Assembly: GCA_022572885.1 (NCBI GenBank)
Contig: JACZVC010000001.1
Span: 74,638-138,637 of the forward strand
Origin: Pseudomonadota bacterium
Lineage (GTDB): Bacteria > Pseudomonadota > Gammaproteobacteria > Steroidobacterales > MnTg04
Reading direction: 5' to 3'
DNA length: 64,000 nt
The position numbers and the translations under genes are program-made. The notes under the pieces were generated by a model. It saw nothing but the letters and a program-made list of their open reading frames with translations, was not told the origin of the DNA and made no database searches. Positions 1 to 5,694 of the stretch are shown piece by piece. Numbering within the stretch: position 1 is the first letter of the stretch; every line of letters starts with the position of its first letter.

Positions 1-1264
1 AGAGCGCGCACACCGAGCGTACCAGCGGAAGGTCGACGCCTACGAGGTAGAGTTTACCGAGAACCTCGACTATAGCCTTCCACTCGCCGAATTCCGGCAG
101 ACCTGCGTCGCACCCATGTTTCAGATGTTCGGCGTTACAGGGGGAGCGCTCGGGGCCGGCTTACTCGCAATGGCGTCGGTCCATCGTGTGGTCGGCAAGA
201 AGTCAGCCGAGGTGAACGCTCTCGCCAAGAAGCTCCAGCTCGGCTTCACGGGCAACGTCGTCGTCGAGATGGGGATCGCGATGTTTCGTCTGGCCAAGCT
301 GTTGGAGCCATCCGACTTCGAGGACCTGGCCCGGTTGGCCGAACGTGTCGAGAATCGCCAGATGTCCGCGCAGTTCTTGAGCGCGTGGGACGCTTTCCTG
401 TCGACGTACGGCTGGCGCGGTCCTCTGGAGATGGACCAGGCGAGCCCGCGCTATGCAGACGACCCCGGTCTCGCACTGAGGCAGATGTCCTTCATGACCG
501 TCGACGACGAGGGCTTTGATCCGGAAGCCGCGCACCAACGCCACGTAGCCGAGCGACGACAAGCCTACCAAGAGTTGATGAGCCGGTTGAGCTGGCTGCG
601 GCGGGTATTATTGCGCCGGGTCCACCTTCTCATTGAATTGTTCGCCGGACACCGCGACACGCCCAAACACCAAATAGTCTTGTTCAACTACGCCCTGCGC
701 AAGCGCGCCCTGATCGAGGGCAAACGCCTGGTCCGAGAGGGGCGTCTCGATGCAGCCGAGGACGTCTTCGATCTGACGGTCCGCGACCTCGAATCGGCCA
801 ACTTGGATCCTTCGCTGGACCTGCGAAAGGTCCGTGAGGAGCGGACGCGTTTCCTCAAGATACTCGAAGCCCAGGTGACGGAGTTCCCTCAAGTGATCGA
901 CTCGCGAGGCCGGATCCTTCGGCCCGCTCCGCGCGAGGAGAAGCCCGGCGAGCTGAGCGGGATGGGTGTGTCGCCCGGTGTGGTGACGGGTCCGGTCAAG
1001 ATGCTCCGCGACCCCTACGAGAAGCCCATCAACAAGGGGGACGTATTGGTCGCGTACACGACGGATCCGGGCTGGACGCCGCTGTTCGTGAACGCCGCCG
1101 CGGTCGTGCTCGAGGTCGGCGGGATTCTGCAGCACGGTGCGGTGATCGCGCGCGAGTACGGAAAGCCGTGCGTTGTGGGCATCGACCGGGTGATGACGAA
1201 GCTCTACGACGGCCAGAGGGTCGAAGTCGATGGGACGGCGGGAGTGATCCGTTTTCTGTCGTAA
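1..1264 (+). CDS. PEP-utilising-enzyme family protein, rifampin-phosphotransferase (Rph)-like; 3' portion only (5' end left of window)
   Basis: The reading frame of track ORF 116..1264 stays open back to nt 2, so the gene is cut by the window edge. The C-terminus (GDVLVAYTTDPGWTPLFVNAAAVVLEVGGILQHGAVIAREYGKPCVVGI) is the swivelling phospho-histidine PEP-utilising mobile domain. It sits at the extreme C-terminus as in Rph/PpsA-like enzymes. Confidence 0.75.
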   Translation, partial: ERAHRAYQRKVDAYEVEFTENLDYSLPLAEFRQTCVAPMFQMFGVTGGALGAGLLAMASVHRVVGKKSAEVNALAKKLQLGFTGNVVVEMGIAMFRLAKLLEPSDFEDLARLAERVENRQMSAQFLSAWDAFLSTYGWRGPLEMDQASPRYADDPGLALRQMSFMTVDDEGFDPEAAHQRHVAERRQAYQELMSRLSWLRRVLLRRVHLLIELFAGHRDTPKHQIVLFNYALRKRALIEGKRLVREGRLDAAEDVFDLTVRDLESANLDPSLDLRKVREERTRFLKILEAQVTEFPQVIDSRGRILRPAPREEKPGELSGMGVSPGVVTGPVKMLRDPYEKPINKGDVLVAYTTDPGWTPLFVNAAAVVLEVGGILQHGAVIAREYGKPCVVGIDRVMTKLYDGQRVEVDGTAGVIRFLS

Positions 1265-1280
1265 CCAGGGAGGAATCGTG

Positions 1281-1400
1281 ATGAGCATTGAGGTAGAGCT
1301 TATCTCAGTATGTGAAGGTAAAGTGGTAGGGCATCTCGGAATTCTCTTAAATCATAATCCCAGGCGTAAGCATGTAGGTAGTTTTGAATCCGCAACATAA
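1281..1400 (+). CDS. hypothetical 39-aa peptide (MSIEVELISVCEGKVVGHLGILLNHNPRRKHVGSFESAT)
   Basis: ATG 1281 is preceded by a strong RBS, agggagg (1267-1273). The stop TAA lies inside the left core of attC 1395-1452. It is too short for the ORF track and no family was recognised. Confidence 0.2.
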   Translation: MSIEVELISVCEGKVVGHLGILLNHNPRRKHVGSFESAT

Positions 1401-1452
1401 CAATGGCATCCAGCCGACCGCCTACGGCGGCGGCTGATGCCAAGCGTTAGGC
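1395..1452 (+). repeat. integron attC recombination site (58 bp)
   Basis: ACATAAC (1395-1401, 6/7 to RYYYAAC) ... GTTAGGC (1446-1452, fits GTTRRRY). The arms tggcatcCagccgAccgcc and ggcggcggctgatgcca pair perfectly except for two unpaired bases on one arm, as expected for attC extrahelical bases. Confidence 0.7.
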
Positions 1453-1485
1453 TGCGGATTAACCAGGCACTTGGAGGGACCGCCA

Positions 1486-1932
1486 ATGCGCTGGAAAAAA
1501 TGGCTGCGGATCTTTGCCGGTGGGGCGGCGTGGGCTGCCGCTTACAACTCCGTCTGGGGTATCGCCTGGTTCGTGTTTATGCGTCGGGAGTGGCTGGAGG
1601 CGACGGTCGCAAGCGGCCGCCCCATGCCTTGGACTCCCGACTTCTTGGTCGTGTGGTTGCCACTGACTCTACTCTTTGGCGCGGCGATTACGGCCTACAT
1701 GACGAGCGGGTCTCGCCAGGCTGCGGCGCTGAGAGCTACTCTTGCTGCAACCCTCGTTCTTTGGGTCCCAGGGACGGTCGGAATGGCTGTGTGGGCCTGG
1801 CAGGAGGCCCTTTCACCGCGCGTCATTGCGATAGACTCGGCTGTGAACCTCTTCGCCGTGGTGGTAGCGTCACTGGTCCTAGGATTGGGCTTGGGTGTCC
1901 GTCAGCTTCGCTCGGCGTCTCCTGTCGGGTAG
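1486..1932 (+). CDS. hypothetical integral membrane protein (cassette-encoded)
   Basis: Track ORF 1471..1932 starts at TTG; ATG 1486 lies 6 nt after the ggaggga RBS. There are four hydrophobic helices, e.g. AAWAAAYNSVWGIAWFVF, FLVVWLPLTLLFGAAITAYM, LAATLVLWVPGTVGMAVWAW and LFAVVVASLVLGLGLGV. No family was recognised. Confidence 0.6.
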   Translation: MRWKKWLRIFAGGAAWAAAYNSVWGIAWFVFMRREWLEATVASGRPMPWTPDFLVVWLPLTLLFGAAITAYMTSGSRQAAALRATLAATLVLWVPGTVGMAVWAWQEALSPRVIAIDSAVNLFAVVVASLVLGLGLGVRQLRSASPVG

Positions 1933-1979
1933 CGCTTGTGGTTTGTCAGCGGGCGGGTGCGGCGGCAGAATTCCAATTC

Positions 1980-1986
1980 GTTAGGC
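1980..1986 (+). repeat. attC right-hand core GTTAGGC only (left arm not recognisable)
   Basis: GTTAGGC fits GTTRRRY. The 12-mer cgttaggctgcg (1979-1990) is identical to the junction of attC 1395-1452 (1445-1456). I could not find a convincing RYYYAAC core or palindromic arms upstream. Confidence 0.3.
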
Positions 1987-2000
1987 TGCGAACCGATCTC

Positions 2001-2294
2001 ATGAATGAATCGACAAATATTCAGGTCTCCGGACTAAGTGACCGCCTGACCGATCGCGAAATTGAGGCAATGGTTGGGTCGGTAGTAAATGTCCCGATTG
2101 GCGGAACGATTCCTCCAGAAGGCCTATCTTGGTACGAGTTGTTCCGCTTTGCGCGCGTTATCGCCGTTTCACCGAAAAGCCGCCGCAAATCTCTACGTTG
2201 TCCAATCTGCGAAGAAAGCCGCCCGCGATATAGTCTCGAAGTCCAATGGGAAGCTGGCTACAAGTCCAAATTCGGAAATTTATTGTGTGAATGA
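2001..2294 (+). CDS. hypothetical protein, 97 aa (cassette-encoded)
   Basis: This is an internal ATG of the 1437..2294 track ORF, 15 nt after the putative cassette junction at 1980-1986. Its translation is MNESTNIQVSGLSDRLTDREIEAMVG...CPICEESRPRYSLEVQWEAGYKSKFGNLLCE. The overlapping alternative ORF 2089..2361 (90 aa, other frame) cannot be excluded. Confidence 0.3.
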   Translation: MNESTNIQVSGLSDRLTDREIEAMVGSVVNVPIGGTIPPEGLSWYELFRFARVIAVSPKSRRKSLRCPICEESRPRYSLEVQWEAGYKSKFGNLLCE

Positions 2295-2411
2295 TGCATT
2301 GATGGACTTGTGGTTTCGGGTGGAGAGGATATCCTGTTTGGAGATTCAGATTGGGAGCTAAAGTTTATTCACATTTCGACGACATATGACATTAGGAAAT
2401 GAGCAAATGCA

Positions 2412-2510
2412 GCCTAACAAGCCACTGCAGCAGTCACTTGACCCTGCCGCGCCCTTTGCTGCCGCAAAGCCCACGTCAGCCTCAAGCGCTGCTGAGTTCT
2501 ATCGTTAGGT
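2412..2510 (+). repeat. integron attC recombination site (99 bp)
   Basis: GCCTAAC (2412-2418, perfect RYYYAAC) ... GTTAGGT (2504-2510, GTTRRRY). The arms are imperfectly complementary: ctgcagcagtcacttgacc versus the reverse complement ctcagcagcgcttgaggc. Confidence 0.7.
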
Positions 2511-2552
2511 TTATCAGAAAAATATCATTTAAATTGATGATTGGCGGGGATT

Positions 2553-2984
2553 ATGGATAGGCAATTACTTTCTAAGCTAGAAGGAACGAAATGGACAGGA
2601 AGAGGCGAGCTTTGGCTCGACCCTGAAGGAAATAAAGCTGATTCTTATGACTGTCAATTGCAAGTTAAGAGTGGTGCTATAAACTACACTTGGATTCACG
2701 AAGGCGAAACAAAAAAAGGTAATTTTACTATTAACGAAAGCGGTGGAAGTTGGGTTGATAGTTGGCATCAACCAGAGGCTGTTAAATGTACAGACGTTTC
2801 TGGTGCATGGGGGCTCTTCACTTTTAAACATACTTATGAAGTACCTTCAAGCCCAAGTTGGGGTTGGCAGAGTAAACTAACTGAGCGGCCAGACGGTTCT
2901 CTAATTCTTCAAATGACAAATATTGCACCTTGGGGAGAAGAAGGTAGAGCTGTTCGGATGATATTCACTAAAGAGAAAACATAG
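2553..2984 (+). CDS. hypothetical protein, 143 aa, DUF1579-like (tentative)
   Basis: Track ORF 2541..2984 starts at TTG and the first ATG is at 2553. The cassette is AT-rich (20 G/C in the 60 nt 2521-2580). The sequence is W/G-rich and looks beta-rich (WTGRGELWLDPEG...SWVDSWHQPE...SWGWQSKLTERPDGSLILQM). The family assignment is from memory only. Confidence 0.6.
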   Translation: MDRQLLSKLEGTKWTGRGELWLDPEGNKADSYDCQLQVKSGAINYTWIHEGETKKGNFTINESGGSWVDSWHQPEAVKCTDVSGAWGLFTFKHTYEVPSSPSWGWQSKLTERPDGSLILQMTNIAPWGEEGRAVRMIFTKEKT

Positions 2985-3021
2985 AACTTTTACTGTTTAC
3001 AATAGATGAATTCAAAAAAAA

Positions 3022-3118
3022 GCCTAACAAATAGCTCCAGCGGACAAATTAAAGCGTCACTTTTTTTGCATGCGCAAAAACGTGCCACTTTAAATTGCCG
3101 CTGAGCATGGCGTTAAAT
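3022..3118 (+). repeat. integron attC recombination site (97 bp)
   Basis: GCCTAAC (3022-3028) ... GTTAAAT (3112-3118). The left arm gctccagcggacaaattaaagcgtcac matches the reverse complement of the right arm, gctcagcggcaatttaaagtggcac. The central loop is tttttttgcatgcgcaaaaac. Confidence 0.75.
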
Positions 3119-3190
3119 GCCTTAGACACTGTGTGCCATTTTCAGGGGTTCACCCCTTGACCATAATATCAATAGTGATACTATTCGTGG

Positions 3191-3442
3191 GTGGCTTCTA
3201 CCGACGACATCCTGAAGCGAATGAGGCGAAATCCAAAGGGCGTAAGCTTCAAAGACCTTAGCAAGATTTGCGATCAGTACTTCGGGGAGCCCAGGCAGTC
3301 GGGAACCAGCCATCGGGTCTATAAGACACCGTGGCAGGGAAACCCACGGGTAAATATTCAAAGCGCAAAGGGTAAGGCCAAACCATACCAGGTGCGCCAA
3401 GTACTACAGGCAATTCAACGCCTGGAGGAAGAAAATGGCTAA
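3191..3442 (+). CDS. hicA: type II toxin HicA family
   Basis: 83 aa with a GTG start. TSHRVYKTPWQGNPRVNIQSAKGKAKPYQVRQVLQAI resembles the HicA (G)SH...KaKpYQVrQv signature. It overlaps the downstream antitoxin gene by 8 nt. Confidence 0.7.
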   Translation: MASTDDILKRMRRNPKGVSFKDLSKICDQYFGEPRQSGTSHRVYKTPWQGNPRVNIQSAKGKAKPYQVRQVLQAIQRLEEENG

Positions 3443-3761
3443 AGATATTGATCGTTACACGTATAGAGTTACCTGGTCGGAGGAAGATCAGGAGCACGTT
3501 GGGTTATGCGCTGAATTTCCAAGTTTAAGTTGGCTCGAAAAGCATCCGGAAAAAGCTTTGGCAGGTATTCGCAAGCTTGTGAAATCGTGCATCAAAGACA
3601 TGGCTGTAAACAAGGAAGTAGTGCCGGAGGCAATATCCGCCAGGAGTTTCAGTGGTAAGTTCATGGTTCGCGTACCACCGCAGACTCATCGAATGCTGGC
3701 AATTCAAGCAGCGGAGTCGGGGGTGAGTTTGAATCGTCTTGTGGCGAGCAAACTAACGTAG
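3435..3761 (+). CDS. hicB: type II antitoxin HicB family (C-terminal ribbon-helix-helix)
   Basis: 108 aa. The N-terminal HicB fold region is YTYRVTWSEEDQEHVGLCAEFPSLSWLE. The C-terminal FSGKFMVRVPPQTHRMLAIQAAESGVSLNRLVASKL is typical of HicB-like antitoxins. Confidence 0.8.
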   Translation: MAKDIDRYTYRVTWSEEDQEHVGLCAEFPSLSWLEKHPEKALAGIRKLVKSCIKDMAVNKEVVPEAISARSFSGKFMVRVPPQTHRMLAIQAAESGVSLNRLVASKLT

Positions 3762-3768
3762 CTATGGC

Positions 3769-3844
3769 ACGTAACCAGCGCATGCAGTTCGCGCCTGCGG
3801 CGCCGGACCGGCCTGCGGCCGGCCACTGATGCAGGTCGTTAAGT
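3769..3844 (+). repeat. integron attC recombination site (76 bp)
   Basis: ACGTAAC (3769-3775, 6/7) ... GTTAAGT (3838-3844, GTTRRRY). The arms are cagcgcatgcagt and the reverse complement gacctgcatcagt, with one extra base. The centre is GC-rich and palindromic (gcctgcggcgccgg/ccggcctgcggccggc). Confidence 0.6.
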
Positions 3845-3849
3845 GCACT

Positions 3850-4449
3850 ATGGGTTATCGATTAATCGTTTTGCTTGCTCTTACTATCGGTACTTGTGTC
3901 ACGACCGCAGAGAAGACCACGCCAAACTACAACTGGACCGATAGTCCAGATTACTCAGGGCTGAGGCAGCAAATCGGATGGGATGGCAACTACTACTCTC
4001 TTTGTGAGAGAAGCCGGCCGATGCAGTCAATGGTTGAGGCAATGAATAATGGACAATGGGAGGCGGCTGCCAACCAAGGACTCAATTGGCTGGATCGCTG
4101 TCCGGTCGACATTCGAGCCCACCACTACACCGGGATTGCGTTGACCAAACTCGGTCGTGAGCAGGAAGGCCAGGACCACTTTCGCTGGGCAGAAGGCCTC
4201 ATGGATTCGATTGTCGCCTCCGGCGATGGCAAGACGCCCGAAACAGCTTACGTAACAATTTCAGTTGCCGAGGAATATGACGCATTGTATTTTTTTGGTT
4301 TGGAACGAAAATCCCAGGCACTTGTTTCCGGCCCAATAATGTGTGATTTGATCACAGCGTTAAACGATAAGGGCGAGGAAGTATCGATTTATTTTAATCC
4401 CGCAGCTCATTTTGCGAGGTTAGCCAAAATGCTGAAAACGCTGGATTAG
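3850..4449 (+). CDS. secreted hypothetical protein, 199 aa, DUF4919-like (tentative)
   Basis: The track ORF starts at 3829, inside the attC. ATG 3850 gives the signal peptide MGYRLIVLLALTIGTCVTTAEK. The motif DSIVASGDGKTPETAYVTISVAEEYDALYFFGLE recalls DUF4919, from memory only. Confidence 0.6.
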   Translation: MGYRLIVLLALTIGTCVTTAEKTTPNYNWTDSPDYSGLRQQIGWDGNYYSLCERSRPMQSMVEAMNNGQWEAAANQGLNWLDRCPVDIRAHHYTGIALTKLGREQEGQDHFRWAEGLMDSIVASGDGKTPETAYVTISVAEEYDALYFFGLERKSQALVSGPIMCDLITALNDKGEEVSIYFNPAAHFARLAKMLKTLD

Positions 4450-4493
4450 CGATGTGCGAGCGAGAAAGCGCACTTAACCGGCAGTGGGCTAAA

Positions 4494-4550
4494 CGTTGGA
4501 TGCTTTCGTTAACATTTTGCCGATTTTTGCCATTGACTGAGCATCCAACG
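4494..4550 (+). repeat. hairpin / possible degenerate attC
   Basis: A perfect 10-bp inverted repeat, cgttggatgc (4494-4503) / gcatccaacg (4541-4550), is separated by 37 nt and preceded by GCTAAAC (4488-4494, 6/7 RYYYAAC). No good GTTRRRY core follows, so the call is uncertain. Confidence 0.3.
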
Positions 4551-4795
4551 CAGGCGTAGAGTTTCCCTGTGGCAAAGAGTCAGGCAGATATCGAATCCCA
4601 AGCGCGACGCCGCCGATAAAAGAAAGAGTACGGCTATTTCGGCGCCTCATTGTGACGCTTGAAAGACAAAATGACGGAGATGTCGAACAACAGTGGCTTG
4701 ATGAGGCCGAGAGACGCCTGGCAGCATACCGCAGCGGTCAGACAACCGCTCATTCGGGTGAAGAGATTTCTGAAGCAATTCTGAACCGGGGCTGA
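4541..4795 (+). pseudogene. putative addiction-module antitoxin (TIGR02574-like) lacking a usable start codon
   Basis: Manual translation of the open frame gives ...PPIKERVRLFRRLIVTLERQNDGDVEQQWLDEAERRLAAYRSGQTTAHSGEEISEAILNRG*. The D(V/I)E..W..EaeRR..e.r.G motif is typical of this antitoxin family. The frame opens after a TGA at 4538-4540. The only ATG/GTG/TTG in it is GTG 4652, which would remove the N-terminal half. Confidence 0.4.
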
Positions 4796-4797
4796 CG

Positions 4798-4905
4798 CCG
4801 AGATACCGCCTGCTTTCCGAGGCAAAAGCAGAGCAGGGAGACTTGGAGAAGAACCTGGAAGACTCTGGAATCACGAAAGAACAGGCGGAAACTGACGAAA
4901 ATTAG
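4798..4905 (+). pseudogene. possible truncated ParE/RelE-like toxin remnant
   Basis: It lies directly after the antitoxin-like frame. Its translation is PRYRLLSEAKAEQGDLEKNLEDSGITKEQAETDEN*. Only the first ~20 aa resemble the ParE N-terminus (yrl.ls..A..DL). It has no start codon and stops after 35 codons. Confidence 0.2.
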
Positions 4906-4952
4906 ACCCTATTGATTGCCAAACAAACTGTTGCAATCAACTACAGTTATAA
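4903..4952 (+). repeat. short attC-like hairpin
   Basis: The arms tattgattgc (4910-4919) and gcaatcaaCta (4933-4943) pair with one bulged base. The flanks are TTAGACC and GTTATAA (5/7 complementary; GTTATAA is a poor fit to GTTRRRY). It sits between the decayed TA cassette and the dioxygenase cassette. Confidence 0.25.
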
Positions 4953-5002
4953 TAAGAGAATCGATTTGCTTTAGCTGTTATGCAAAGACAATGGAGTCCA
5001 AA

Positions 5003-5644
5003 ATGAACAGGCGAAAATTTCTAAGGCACGGGGTAATCGGCGGAGCGGCAAGTCTGTTTGCAAGTTCTGCTTATGCGAGATATTTGCCAACCTTAGACCC
5101 CACTCCATCAGAAGGCGAAGGGCCTTTCTATCCCGTTTTAGCGCAGAAAGACAAGGACTTTGATCTAACACGGGTAGAGGGCAAACAGGGAGTGGCTAAG
5201 GGAAAGACCATCATCATCCAGGGGCAAGTTCTGGATACGGATGGCAACCCAGTTGAGGATGTCACGGTTGACTTGTGGCAAGCGAATGCAGCTGGAAGAT
5301 ATAGGCATCCGCATGATTCGAGCGAAGCTCCATTGGACCCTAACTTTCAAGGCTGGGCTATCGTGCCAAGTGGAAAAGAAGGAAAGTTTCGTTTCAAAAC
5401 TGTCAGCCCTGGCGCTTATCCGGCATCTGATAATTGGACAAGGCCTCCACATATACATTTCAAGGTCAGCAAGAGAGGATTTATTGAACTCACTACACAA
5501 ATGTATTTCCCGGGACATCAACTTAACGATTCAGATCTTTTGTTAAAACGAAAGAGCAATGAAGAAAGAAAACTGATGATTGCTTCAAGAATAGAAGAAC
5601 GACCAGGCGTTTATGCTTACACAATCGTTTTGCAAAAGGCATGA
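5003..5644 (+). CDS. intradiol ring-cleavage dioxygenase (protocatechuate 3,4-dioxygenase beta-subunit-like) with Tat signal
   Basis: The track ORF 4916..5644 is over-extended. ATG 5003 follows a ggag RBS and gives MNRRKFLRHGVIGGAASLFASSAYA, a twin-arginine signal. The motifs EGPFYP, DLWQANAAGRYRHPHD and RPPHIHFKV are hallmarks of the intradiol dioxygenase C-terminal domain. Confidence 0.75.
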   Translation: MNRRKFLRHGVIGGAASLFASSAYARYLPTLDPTPSEGEGPFYPVLAQKDKDFDLTRVEGKQGVAKGKTIIIQGQVLDTDGNPVEDVTVDLWQANAAGRYRHPHDSSEAPLDPNFQGWAIVPSGKEGKFRFKTVSPGAYPASDNWTRPPHIHFKVSKRGFIELTTQMYFPGHQLNDSDLLLKRKSNEERKLMIASRIEERPGVYAYTIVLQKA

Positions 5645-5687
5645 CTACCAACAGCACCGGAGGCTAAATGCGTCGGTGAATCGAGGC

Positions 5688-5694
5688 GTTAGGT
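5688..5694 (+). repeat. attC-like right core GTTAGGT (arms weak)
   Basis: GTTAGGT fits GTTRRRY and lies 44 nt after the dioxygenase stop. A possible left core ACCAAC (5649-5654) and a caccg/cggtg pairing exist, but the spacing is non-canonical. Confidence 0.3.

Larger units (their letters stand above)
1265..5694 (+). mobile_element. integron gene-cassette array (about 7-8 cassettes); integrase not in window
   Basis: Co-oriented small ORFs are each followed by an imperfect palindrome bounded by RYYYAAC-like and GTTRRRY cores (attC architecture): 1395-1452, 2412-2510, 3022-3118, 3769-3844. Weaker candidates lie at 1980, 4494-4550, 4903-4952 and 5688. Composition changes abruptly between cassettes, and toxin-antitoxin cassettes are present. 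Confidence 0.7.

Noticed and set aside
1437-2294. 285-aa + ORF, the longest ORF in the cassette region.
   Set aside because: It starts inside attC 1395-1452 and runs in an alternative frame across the membrane-protein cassette and the 1980 junction. Its first 180 aa are low-complexity G/R/C-rich, typical of an off-frame read of GC-rich DNA. Only its last 97 codons (2001-2294) are kept, as a tentative gene.
4472-4514. ACTTAAC (perfect RYYYAAC) ... GTTAACA as an attC for the 3850-4449 cassette.
   Set aside because: It is only 43 bp, below the known attC size range. The interior is not palindromic and GTTAACA does not fit GTTRRRY. The 4494-4550 hairpin is kept as the (weak) alternative.
4634-4874. 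Minus-strand ORFs 4634..4825 and 4647..4874.
   Set aside because: They overlap each other and lie opposite a plus-strand frame with a clear antitoxin-family motif. They are likely spurious.
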